Source of the DNA: Candidatus Saccharimonadota bacterium
Lineage (GTDB): Bacteria; Patescibacteriota; Saccharimonadia; Saccharimonadales; UBA4665
Direction of reading: 5' to 3'
Length of the DNA: 32,000 bases
NCBI GenBank assembly: GCA_016700375.1
Contig: CP065016.1
Span: 120,001 to 152,000 of the forward strand
Part shown: positions 10,501-17,580 of the stretch, piece by piece
Numbering within the stretch: the stretch's first letter is position 1
Layout of the letters: each line of letters starts with the position of its first letter
Made by a program: the position numbers and the translations under genes
The notes under the pieces: model-generated
What the model was told of the DNA's origin: nothing
Database searches by the model: none
Seen by the model: the letters and a program-made list of their open reading frames with translations, nothing else

Positions 10501-11452
10501 CGATGACACCGCTCAAGGCTTGAGTCGTGTTGAGGAGCTTTTTGAAGCTCGCTCACCGAAGGGTCAGGCATATTTGGCTGATATCAATGGTGTCGTAAAC
10601 GCATGGGAAGAGGGTGAGCGCTACATTGTGCAAGTCACCGCAAATGACCGCGAAGTACTGGAAATAGTACTTGAAGGTCGCACGGCCAAGATTGCGAGCG
10701 GTAGTGATGTCGCCATTGGTGATGTTCTCGCCAGCCGTGAAGATGGCGCTGAGCCGCTTGTGTCGCCTATGGCGGGCAAGGCTGAACTGACCGATAAATC
10801 AGTCATCATCACCCCGACCAGCAAGAGTGTTGTTCGCTACGAAATCCCAGGCTTTAAACAGCTGCTTGTCCAAGACGGTGATGTCGTGGTGGCAGGCCAG
10901 CGTCTGACCAACGGTTCCATCAACCTGCACGACCTCATGCGTCTGCAAGGTGTTGAGCCGACGCAGCGTTACATCATGAACGAAATCCTCGGTATCTTTG
11001 CTGGGCAGGGGCAGAACATTAGTGACAAGCATCTTGAAATCATTGTGCGTCAAATGTTCAGCCGCGTTCAAATAGAAGATGCCGGCGATAGCGAATTTGT
11101 AACTGGTGACGTTGTGAGTAAGCTTGCTGTTGCCGAAGCCAACGAAGCACTTGTTTCGGCCGGTAAACAGCCCGCCAAGGTTAACCAGCTACTGCTCGGT
11201 ATTACCAAAGCATCACTTTCAACCGATTCGTTCCTGAGTGCTGCCAGCTTCCAGGACACTACTCGCGTCCTCATTGGTGCTGCCACCAGCGGTCGTATCG
11301 ACAAGCTGTTTGGCCTTAAAGAGAACGTCATCTTGGGTCGCAAGATTCCAGTTGGCACTGGCTATGGTGCAAGCAACGCACTCGATGAAGGTGATGACGT
11401 AGAGTTGGTTGAAGAATATCACAACGACCAAATCTTCCGCAACGAAGGGTAG
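7595..11452 (+). CDS. rpoC: DNA-directed RNA polymerase subunit beta'
   Basis: It has the NADFDGD catalytic motif (..GFNADFDGDQMAVHLPLS..) and full-length homology. The SD GAAAGGAG lies 8 nt upstream. Confidence 0.97.
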   Translation: MRRYSYGTNIADFDAVRLAVASSKDIEDWSYGEVLKPETINYRTQKPERDGLFCERIFGPVKDINPHDAKYKGVRSREAAVDKNGELVTRSIVRRERMGHINLAVPVAHIWFLRGTPSAMGLLLGMTVKSLERVAYFAAYVVKSVNVAARDQYRADQEAQWQAGQQAIKLRYEKEAETEGADVKALAEAQTKELEQFDKEWELLRNQLDSLVAFSLMNEGDYRALPRELRDMITVGMGGAALRELLEGIDLVKLIADLTTEAEEAKGQRKKKLMKRLRLLESMERAGIKPESTCLSVLPVIPPDLRPMVQLTGGRFATSDLNDLYRRVINRNNRLKKLIELNAPEVIRRNEQRMLQEAVDALIDNNNARSGRAVAATGQRRRLKSLSDMLKGKQGRFRQNLLGKRVDYSGRSVIVAGPELKINQCGLPKMMALELFKPFVIGELIFREQAHNIRSATRMIETGETEVWDALDEVITGKYVLLNRAPSLHRLSIQAFQPVLIEGRAIQLHPLVCKGFNADFDGDQMAVHLPLSDAAQAEARDIMSANRNLLKPADGSPILHIEQDIVLGCYYLTYERPGKEVAPRAFSSLNEASMAFDAGVIKLQSRVLVSFRGEMRVTTLGRLSFNEIFPEDFAFQDEAMTKKRLQKVMGAVYAQYGQEKTAEIADNLKDLGFRYATMSGLSMGMDDFEPITGLEDVLKEGETKSAGISTQYDQGFITDDERHRLTVENWTKIDTRVQNMLSEQMKDQDGSMAIAITSGARGNVSQMKMSVGMLGVFQDAAGNVIELPVKAGYIQGLTPLEYFTGTRGTRKAVIDIALKTADAGYLTRRLVDVSQDVFTIDDDSDDASDPGFALLRADAAAIGVTYASRLEGRFAAEDLKGYVKAGELFTKEVAEAIDADEKLDGVKIRSALSATSVHGVPQKSYGVDPATGHLVTSHNPIGVIAAQSIGEPGTQLSLDSKHRSGAVVADDTAQGLSRVEELFEARSPKGQAYLADINGVVNAWEEGERYIVQVTANDREVLEIVLEGRTAKIASGSDVAIGDVLASREDGAEPLVSPMAGKAELTDKSVIITPTSKSVVRYEIPGFKQLLVQDGDVVVAGQRLTNGSINLHDLMRLQGVEPTQRYIMNEILGIFAGQGQNISDKHLEIIVRQMFSRVQIEDAGDSEFVTGDVVSKLAVAEANEALVSAGKQPAKVNQLLLGITKASLSTDSFLSAASFQDTTRVLIGAATSGRIDKLFGLKENVILGRKIPVGTGYGASNALDEGDDVELVEEYHNDQIFRNEG

Positions 11453-11474
11453 TTGGTAGAGCAAAGTAAGTAGG

Positions 11475-11517
11475 GCAGAGGGCAGAGTTCGCTCGTTCTA
11501 GGGCGCCTCTGCTTTTT
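11475..11517 (+). terminator. Putative intrinsic terminator after rpoC
   Basis: GCAGAGG (11475-11481) pairs with CCTCTGC (11506-11512), followed by TTTTT. The loop is long, so the fold is uncertain. Confidence 0.4.
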
Positions 11518-11686
11518 GCTATAACGAGTATGTTGGGTAAACATTAGCTCTCTTACGCTATTTCGATTCACTCTCTCATTAAATGAGGTGAAGTGCTATC
11601 TGGGAAATCGTTGTCCCAAGTGAAATACCCCAAGAAAAGACGGGACATTGTATTGTGGCCTAGGTGTATCTATGGTGAACGTCATT

Positions 11687-13207
11687 CTACAGAGTAAGAA
11701 GGTCGATACTTCTAATAGATATACCCCGTCGAGATGCATGGTCTACCGCGATATATCCAATTGCATTGCGTAAATCAGGCAATGCATGCGAGTATGCTTC
11801 TTTCCTACTGCCCGCCGATTGTAAGCCGTGTTTTCGTGCGTAACGTTTCATCTGTGCTGGCAGCATGGCAAAGCTGTCGATTTGATCTCTTTCCTGGGCA
11901 AGGACCAGGTGCAGCAACTCTGTCGGTAAAATGAGTATCTGAGCAAGGACTTTATAGTCTTCACTTCTCATGTTGCGTAGATTAAGTAGACCTGACGAAT
12001 GAAGACTTATTGTTTTAGCACGGACGTTTTCAGGCGCAAGACCGAGTGCGGTAGGCATGATATTTACAATCCTGACGGGGTCTAACCCCAAAGCAGCCAT
12101 AAAAGCCATACGAGCCTTGAGACTCTCTGGACTAATACTAAGTATGGAGGGGCTAGAGTTGATAAGAGTAGCAGGTTCAAACCCTAAATCTCGGATTGTT
12201 TGAAACTTTAACTTAACATGTTCGGTCGAGTTGCCTAAGCTACGCGGATTTACAGTAAAAATTCGCCTAGCGTTTAACCCCAAGGCTGTTGCATTATCAA
12301 ATTTTGCTTGTATATTCTCAATCGACATGCCAAGCACTGAGGGAAGAAAATTGATTGTCTTGACAGGGTTAATCCCCAGTGAGATCAAGGCATTATACAT
12401 TTCACTGATAGCCCTAACAGACCTGCCAATGACAATAGGGTCTTTATGTATAAGTTTTAATGCATCAAATCCTAAATTAGTTAGATTCTCTACTTTATAC
12501 TTAACAGTGTCTACAGATAGGCAAATCGCAGTCGGATAGGTATTAATAATTGCTACAGCGTTGATGCCAAGTGCTGTCATGCTTTCAACCTTTGTTCTTA
12601 TGTTTTCGGTTGAATACCCTAGGGCTGTCGGCACTTTGGCGATAACCGTATGTGCATCTAGGCCTAGGGCTGAGATATTATCAAATTTTTTTTGTATCTC
12701 TTCCGGCGCTAAACCAAGTACAATGGGGTATTTATGTATAATTTCTCGTTCATCCATACCAAGGGAATGCAGATTTTCAATTTTTATTCTGATGTTTTTG
12801 CCTGAAAAGCCAAGCGCTGAAGGAAGGCCTTGAACGATACTCGTTACATCAAGCCCCGCAGCCGTCATCTCACGTAAAGCTTCTATAGTGGTGCCTGAGG
12901 GGAAAAGGGTCGGATAGCGGTCGAGTATCTTTATGTATGTGCTGTGCATGGGGTGGTCAGAGCAACTCCAGCCAAGACTCTCACCAAAAAAAATGCGGCG
13001 CGCTTCGACGGTCTTAGCGATGAGCGTTGGTTGGCTATGTGGATTCATAACGCACGATGCCTCTATGATTAAGGGGTTTAGAGCAGTGATCTCCTCTTCT
13101 ATAATAGCCCTATTTGCAAGCGCGCTAAACCAGACCGCATCATCTGGATGCAGCTGAACCGCAATGTCGTCACATTGCTCAACTAGTCTAACATTCAGCT
13201 CAGACAT
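11687..13207 (-). CDS. mTERF-like repeat protein (about 10 tandem 32-aa repeats)
   Basis: The 506-aa ORF has regular repeats, for example IIHKYPIVLGLAPEEIQKKFDNISALGLDAHT and VIAKVPTALGYSTENIRTKVESMTALGINAVA. Their consensus is I-x3-P-x2-L-x2-S-x-E-x-I-x2-K-x3-L-x2-LG-x5, which matches the mTERF motif as I recall it. TATAAT (13218-13223, minus strand) lies 10 nt before the ATG. The gene is convergent with rpoC. Confidence 0.6.
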   Translation of the reverse strand: MSELNVRLVEQCDDIAVQLHPDDAVWFSALANRAIIEEEITALNPLIIEASCVMNPHSQPTLIAKTVEARRIFFGESLGWSCSDHPMHSTYIKILDRYPTLFPSGTTIEALREMTAAGLDVTSIVQGLPSALGFSGKNIRIKIENLHSLGMDEREIIHKYPIVLGLAPEEIQKKFDNISALGLDAHTVIAKVPTALGYSTENIRTKVESMTALGINAVAIINTYPTAICLSVDTVKYKVENLTNLGFDALKLIHKDPIVIGRSVRAISEMYNALISLGINPVKTINFLPSVLGMSIENIQAKFDNATALGLNARRIFTVNPRSLGNSTEHVKLKFQTIRDLGFEPATLINSSPSILSISPESLKARMAFMAALGLDPVRIVNIMPTALGLAPENVRAKTISLHSSGLLNLRNMRSEDYKVLAQILILPTELLHLVLAQERDQIDSFAMLPAQMKRYARKHGLQSAGSRKEAYSHALPDLRNAIGYIAVDHASRRGISIRSIDLLTL

Positions 13208-13328
13208 AACTAATTACATTATAAAACTTAATGGCGCCAGTAGCAATATTGTATAGGAAGAGTTTTATGGAGCTCTGGGGTATATGAACTCCACATTAGG
13301 TGGGGCATTCTTAGTAATTAACGCACCG

Positions 13329-14636
13329 CTATCTACCGATGCCGCGGTAGTGGATGCCGGCTTTTTCTATAGCAGCTTTGTCTAACATGTTGCGACCGTC
13401 TAGTACGTAGCGAATATGGTGTTTTTTCAATAGCGCTGGTGTAAGTTGCTTTACAAAATCGCTGTGCGCGGTGGCGATGAAGATTGCATCTGAAGTGCGC
13501 AGGGCACTTTCGAGCGAGCGAGAGAGATGAAACGGTCGAGCTAGTTTTTCGTCCGATACATAGGGGTCATACGCAGTGACCGAACCAGCGTAGCGTAAGA
13601 GTACATAGCCAGCTTCTATGGCGGCAGATTTTCGCGTATCTGCTATGTCTGGTTTATAGGCGAGACCAAGTATGGCGACACGGAGGTCCCGCAGGTTTTC
13701 GCCGTGGTTTTTTATGAGTCCGCTCAGGCGTCGTACGGCGTACTTTGGCATCCGGTCGTTTAGCTCGGCGGCATCGTCTAAAAAGCGCGTGTCTATGCCG
13801 CTTTCACGGGCGCGCTTTATGACGTAGTGAATGTCCTCTGGTATACAGTGGCCACCGGGCCCTATTCCGGGTTGCGCCAGCCTGAGTCCAAACTGGTCTA
13901 CCTTGGACTGCAAACCTTCCATAACGCGACCAATATCCATCCCCACGCCGTCGCAGATAATCGCGGCGCTATTTGCCATGGCAATCATGACGTTCCGCTG
14001 GGTATTTTCCCACGACTTAACAAACTCTGCTTCTTCGGTAGAGCCAAGGGGAATAATTCGCGCATCGATAATGCTTTTATAAAACGCCACAGCTTTCTTG
14101 GTGCATTTTTCGGTAATCCCGCCGACTACACGGTTTAGGTTACCAACGTATAGCTTCGGGTTGCCGGGGTCAATTCTTTCAGGACAATGTGCCAGATAAA
14201 AATCTACCCCTGCTTTCATGCCAGATTGTCGCTCAAGTATTGGGAGTACTACGTCGCGGGTTACGCCTGGGTTTACGGTGCTTTCCAGCACTACGAGCTG
14301 GCCGGGACGCAGGTTTTTGGCGACGCTGCTGGTTGCGGCCTCAACAAGGCTCAAGTCTGGAATGTTGTGCTCAGTTGGAGTCGGCACGCATATGATGATA
14401 GTTTCTACGTCCTTCAGGGTTTGGTAGTCGGTCGATGTGTGCAGTTGCTTAGCTGGAACTTTTTTAATTGCTGCCTCAAACCGTGCATCATTTGCGTACG
14501 GAGAAGTCCGGCTGTCTATGAGCTTCAAGAGCCTGGTGTTAATATCTATACCAGTAACAGAATACCCTTTATTGGCTGCTTCAACCGCCAAGGGTAGCCC
14601 AACATACCCAAGACCCACTACAGCAAGTGTCTTCAT
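13329..14636 (-). CDS. Nucleotide-sugar dehydrogenase (UDP-glucose/GDP-mannose dehydrogenase family)
   Basis: It has an N-terminal Rossmann motif (VVGLGYVGLPLA), a catalytic-Cys region (GPGGHCIPEDIHY) and a C-terminal UDP-binding domain. The SD is AAGGAG. Confidence 0.85.
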   Translation of the reverse strand: MKTLAVVGLGYVGLPLAVEAANKGYSVTGIDINTRLLKLIDSRTSPYANDARFEAAIKKVPAKQLHTSTDYQTLKDVETIIICVPTPTEHNIPDLSLVEAATSSVAKNLRPGQLVVLESTVNPGVTRDVVLPILERQSGMKAGVDFYLAHCPERIDPGNPKLYVGNLNRVVGGITEKCTKKAVAFYKSIIDARIIPLGSTEEAEFVKSWENTQRNVMIAMANSAAIICDGVGMDIGRVMEGLQSKVDQFGLRLAQPGIGPGGHCIPEDIHYVIKRARESGIDTRFLDDAAELNDRMPKYAVRRLSGLIKNHGENLRDLRVAILGLAYKPDIADTRKSAAIEAGYVLLRYAGSVTAYDPYVSDEKLARPFHLSRSLESALRTSDAIFIATAHSDFVKQLTPALLKKHHIRYVLDGRNMLDKAAIEKAGIHYRGIGR

Positions 14637-14686
14637 GGAAACTCCTTAATAACCCAAGTGTAGCATAAAATCAGGGACAGTCGCAG

Positions 14687-15673
14687 CTATAGCTCTACCG
14701 TAGATTCGGTGCCTGCCTCATCGAGCAAGTAACATTTTTGCCCTAAATATGCTTTCTTGAGGTCTAGGGTATCAAACCTATTGCACGGTAGGACACTTTG
14801 CGTACCAGTGAAATAATGCCACACGCCATCGGGTGTTTGGTAGAAGAGTCCAACTGCGCCCGTTGGACTCGCCTCACCGTATATAGCGGCTTCGGCTGTT
14901 TTATACCCAGTAGATTGGCTAGATGTAATTTTCGGCAGTCCTAAGCGGCTATCTTCCGTCAAATATTGGCTATCTTTATTTGCTTGCCGGTAAACAGCAT
15001 ACAGCGGTTCGACCGCCTTCGCGGTTGGCTCATAGCTGGCTTTGAGTGCGCAGGTTAAGAAAACTGGCTTATTTGTATCTGCAGTGTCGAGGTAATAATT
15101 TATGCCACAGAGCGTGTCACTGCTCTCATATTTTACTAACGGGTAGTACCCCGCCTTGACCTGTTGTTCTGACTTTTTGAAATTATTTTCGTATAGAAAT
15201 GCCTCTAACTTAGCTGCGGCTGGCTTAATTTGTGCCTCCGGCAACGTATCCTCCCAGCTTGTTGACAGGTCGAGAACGCCTACTGCGTAAAAATCGTATC
15301 CCTTAACTTTATAATCAGGGGCAGCATACTCTGCAGCTGCATCACCCCCTCCCATATGCTTTTTTACGGATTGCATAAACGCTTTCAGGTCTGTGGAAGT
15401 GGTCTTTTTTTGCGAAGTTTTTTGCGAAGATTGCTTAGTATTCTGTGAGACCGTTGCCTGTGGTTTCTTTTCGGGCTTTGTAAACCAGTATGCGACCGTA
15501 CCGCCACCAATAAGGAACCCCGCTAACAAAACCCATAACAACCATGGGGAATGTCGGCTTGCTTGCGATACGACAATTTCAGAATGAGTATTTAGTGGAC
15601 TTTGAGCTGTGGCCGAGACATTTGGTTCCGAAGGCAATTCATGAGATTGCGTTTTATTGGTATCGTCTGACAT
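14687..15673 (-). CDS. Membrane-anchored hypothetical protein
   Basis: The 328-aa product has a single N-terminal TM helix (WLLWVLLAGFLIGGGTVAYWF), then a Q/S/T/K-rich linker and a globular domain with 4 Cys. The SD AGGAGG lies 6 nt upstream. Confidence 0.7.
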   Translation of the reverse strand: MSDDTNKTQSHELPSEPNVSATAQSPLNTHSEIVVSQASRHSPWLLWVLLAGFLIGGGTVAYWFTKPEKKPQATVSQNTKQSSQKTSQKKTTSTDLKAFMQSVKKHMGGGDAAAEYAAPDYKVKGYDFYAVGVLDLSTSWEDTLPEAQIKPAAAKLEAFLYENNFKKSEQQVKAGYYPLVKYESSDTLCGINYYLDTADTNKPVFLTCALKASYEPTAKAVEPLYAVYRQANKDSQYLTEDSRLGLPKITSSQSTGYKTAEAAIYGEASPTGAVGLFYQTPDGVWHYFTGTQSVLPCNRFDTLDLKKAYLGQKCYLLDEAGTESTVEL

Positions 15674-15762
15674 ATTGCTCCTCCTATGCTGATTGTGCTA
15701 AGTATACACCTGTTTATGTGCCGTATAGAGTTGAACTACCCGATCCACACGAACTTTTTGGG

Positions 15763-15884
15763 TGTCATCTTGAGCACCGAAATGAATTCAGTGTAAACTC
15801 CGTCGAAAGATCTCATCGTATTTACACCTAACGGAATCCCTCCACGTAATTTACCCCGTACTTGATACGGGGGTCGGGATGACA
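15763..15884. repeat. Second palindromic GTCATC-type element (about 122 bp)
   Basis: It is bounded by TGTCATC (15763-15769) and GATGACA (15878-15884). Inside is the hairpin CCCCGTA-cttga-TACGGGG (15854-15872). It has the same length and end motif as the core of the 3514-3635 element. Confidence 0.35.
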
Positions 15885-15911
15885 ATGAATAAAAAGTGTA
15901 CATGGGTCAGG

Positions 15912-15940
15912 TTGAATTACACGTTTCTATCTGTTACAAT
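15912..15940 (+). promoter_or_regulatory. Putative str-operon promoter
   Basis: TTGAAT (15912-15917), a 17-nt spacer, then TACAAT (15935-15940). It sits about 150 nt upstream of rpsL. Confidence 0.5.
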
Positions 15941-16089
15941 GCAAGAGTTATATCAAATTCGAGCCTCCGCTGTTCAAGCGGGTTTGGCGGGAGAGGAGAT
16001 ATGTTTTGCTTGGGCACAGGTTATCCCAGGTGAAACTCTCTTCGGTAATATATACATCCCAGGTGAAGTCCTGGAGAAAGGGGCATATT

Positions 16090-16503
16090 TTGCCTACCAT
16101 TAACCAACTGGTACGCAAGCCACGCGTAAAGGTGACAACCAAGACCAAGTCACCGGCGCTGCAGCGCGTTACCAACAACCTCAAAACGAAGAGTTATGAA
16201 AAAGCTGCGCCGTTCAAGCGCGGCGTGTGCGTAAAAGTTACCACCAAAACACCAAAGAAACCAAACTCAGCCCTCCGCAAGGTTGCCCGCGTGCGCCTTG
16301 GTAACGGCTACGAAGTGTGGGCCTACATTGGTGGTGAAGGCCACAACCTGCAAGAACACGCCGTCGTTATGATTCGTGGTGGTCGCGTGAAGGATCTTCC
16401 TGGTGTGCGCTACCACATTGTGCGCGGCACACTCGACCTTCAGGGCGTCCAAAACCGCAAACAAGGCCGCAGTAAGTACGGCGCGAAGAAGGAGAGCAAG
16501 TAG
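16090..16503 (+). CDS. rpsL: 30S ribosomal protein S12
   Basis: The sequence is (M)[47 protein letters not shown] start at 16090 gives the canonical N-terminus, with GAAAGGGG upstream. Confidence 0.92.
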   Translation: MPTINQLVRKPRVKVTTKTKSPALQRVTNNLKTKSYEKAAPFKRGVCVKVTTKTPKKPNSALRKVARVRLGNGYEVWAYIGGEGHNLQEHAVVMIRGGRVKDLPGVRYHIVRGTLDLQGVQNRKQGRSKYGAKKESK

Positions 16504-16508
16504 TCGCT

Positions 16509-16658
16509 ATGCTCCAATTATCAATTAGCAATTTACAATTTTCAATGAATGATCAATTAGCAATTACCAATGAAAAGCAGAATCGCCAATCGCTAATCGC
16601 CATTCCATCGATAATCGATAATCGAAAATCGGTAATCACGACTGAAAGGAGCCTGTAG
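16509..16658 (+). CDS. Spacer-spanning mini-ORF B (49 aa) in the rpsL-rpsG heptamer-repeat spacer
   Basis: The product is MLQLSISNLQFSMNDQLAITNEKQNRQSLIAIPSIIDNRKSVITTERSL*. The first 20 nt after and including the upstream stop (TAGTCGCTATGCTCCAATTA) are identical to spacer A. The stop TAG overlaps the rpsG GTG (TAGTG, 16656-16660). Degenerate CAATTAN and AATCGNN 7-mers are present. Confidence 0.5.
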   Translation: MLQLSISNLQFSMNDQLAITNEKQNRQSLIAIPSIIDNRKSVITTERSL

Positions 16659-17137
16659 TGCCACGTAAAGTTACCGCCTCACTTGTTCGAGACATACCGG
16701 CTGACCGCATGTACGCTAGCGTACCGGTACAGCGACTCATAAACCGCGTTATGCGCGACGGCAAAAAGCAAGTTGCCGAACGCCTGGTGTACACCGGCAT
16801 GGAAACTGCTGCCAAGAAACTTACGGTAGATAACCCGCTCGAAGTTTTCGAGCAAGCCTTTGCTAATATCCGCCCCAATGTGGAGACTCGTTCTCGCCGC
16901 GTGGGTGGTGCCAACTACCAGATTCCGTTTGAAGTGAAAGGGCAGCGCCAAAACCACCTGACCACCATGTGGTTTGTACAAGCTGCCCGCGCTCGCAAAG
17001 GTATGAGCATGGCCGACCGTATTGCGGCCGAGCTTATGGATGCCTACAACAACCAAGGTGCCGCCGTAAAGAAGCGTGAAGATACGCACCGTATGGCCGA
17101 AGCTAACCGCGCATTCGCGCACTTCGCCCGCGGCTAA
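16658..17137 (+). CDS. rpsG: 30S ribosomal protein S7
   Basis: The sequence is MPRK..PVQRLINRVMRDGKK..VETRSRRVGGANYQIP.. The start is GTG, with the SD GAAAGGAG upstream. Confidence 0.95.
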   Translation: MPRKVTASLVRDIPADRMYASVPVQRLINRVMRDGKKQVAERLVYTGMETAAKKLTVDNPLEVFEQAFANIRPNVETRSRRVGGANYQIPFEVKGQRQNHLTTMWFVQAARARKGMSMADRIAAELMDAYNNQGAAVKKREDTHRMAEANRAFAHFARG

Positions 17138-17144
17138 ACAGCAA

Positions 17145-17175
17145 AAGAGATAAGGAGTAAGAGATAAGAGTTAAG
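17145..17175 (+). repeat. Left arm of heptamer-repeat stem flanking the four-helix-bundle gene
   Basis: The units are AAGAGAT AAGGAGT AAGAGAT AAGAGTT AAG. Bases 17146-17168 are complementary to 17547-17569 at 21 of 23 positions, by hand alignment. Confidence 0.6.
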
Positions 17176-17177
17176 AA

Positions 17178-17543
17178 ATGGCTGTCAATAATTTCAAAGA
17201 CTTAATTGCTTGGCAAAAATCTCATCTCCTGGTGCTAGAAATATATACAATAACAAGCACTTTTCCAAAGTCGGAGCAATTTGGCTTAACGAATCAACTT
17301 CGTAGAGCAGCGGTCTCGATTGTGTCAAATATTGCCGAAGGTTTTGGCCGTCGGACTGTAGCAGATAGAACGCACTTTTACGATATGGCACGAGCATCAT
17401 TGCATGAAGTTCAAGCTCAGCTTATGGTTGCGCGTGATGTTGGCTTCATGCAAGACACTGTACATGAGAAAATCGATACATTCAGCATAGAATGCCATAA
17501 AATATTGACAGGCTTAATTAATAAAACAAATGGTACGAAATAA
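17178..17543 (+). CDS. Four-helix-bundle protein (23S rRNA intervening-sequence protein family)
   Basis: It has the characteristic sequence FKDLIAWQKSHLLVLEIY..FPKSEQFGLTNQLRRAAVSIVSNIAEGFGR. The length is 121 aa. Confidence 0.85.
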   Translation: MAVNNFKDLIAWQKSHLLVLEIYTITSTFPKSEQFGLTNQLRRAAVSIVSNIAEGFGRRTVADRTHFYDMARASLHEVQAQLMVARDVGFMQDTVHEKIDTFSIECHKILTGLINKTNGTK

Positions 17544-17546
17544 GAT

Positions 17547-17569
17547 CTTATCTCTTACCTCTTAACTCT
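17547..17569 (+). repeat. Right arm of heptamer-repeat stem flanking the four-helix-bundle gene
   Basis: The sequence is CTTATCTCTTACCTCTTAACTCT (7-nt periodic CTCTTAN units), the reverse complement of the left arm. It runs directly into the fusA SD (TAAGGAG). Confidence 0.6.
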
Positions 17570-17580
17570 AAGGAGTTTAT

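Noticed and set aside
4452-11464. Numerous 65-186-aa antisense or off-frame ORFs within rpoB and rpoC
   Set aside because: All lie inside genes with unambiguous full-length homology, and none has recognisable motifs or start signals.
12231-13157. Four + strand ORFs (74-102 aa) opposite the mTERF-like gene
   Set aside because: They are short fragmented ORFs, antisense to a 506-aa ORF with strong internal repeat structure.
13827-14649. Several + strand ORFs (68-136 aa) opposite the dehydrogenase gene
   Set aside because: They are antisense to a gene with clear Rossmann and catalytic motifs, and they overlap one another in different frames.
15879-16184. 74-aa (+) and 78-aa (-) ORFs in the rpsL upstream region, and the long track ORF starting at 16006
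   Set aside because: They overlap the predicted str promoter and leader. The S12 homology begins at the TTG at 16090 (PTINQL..), so the upstream in-frame stretch is leader and not coding sequence.
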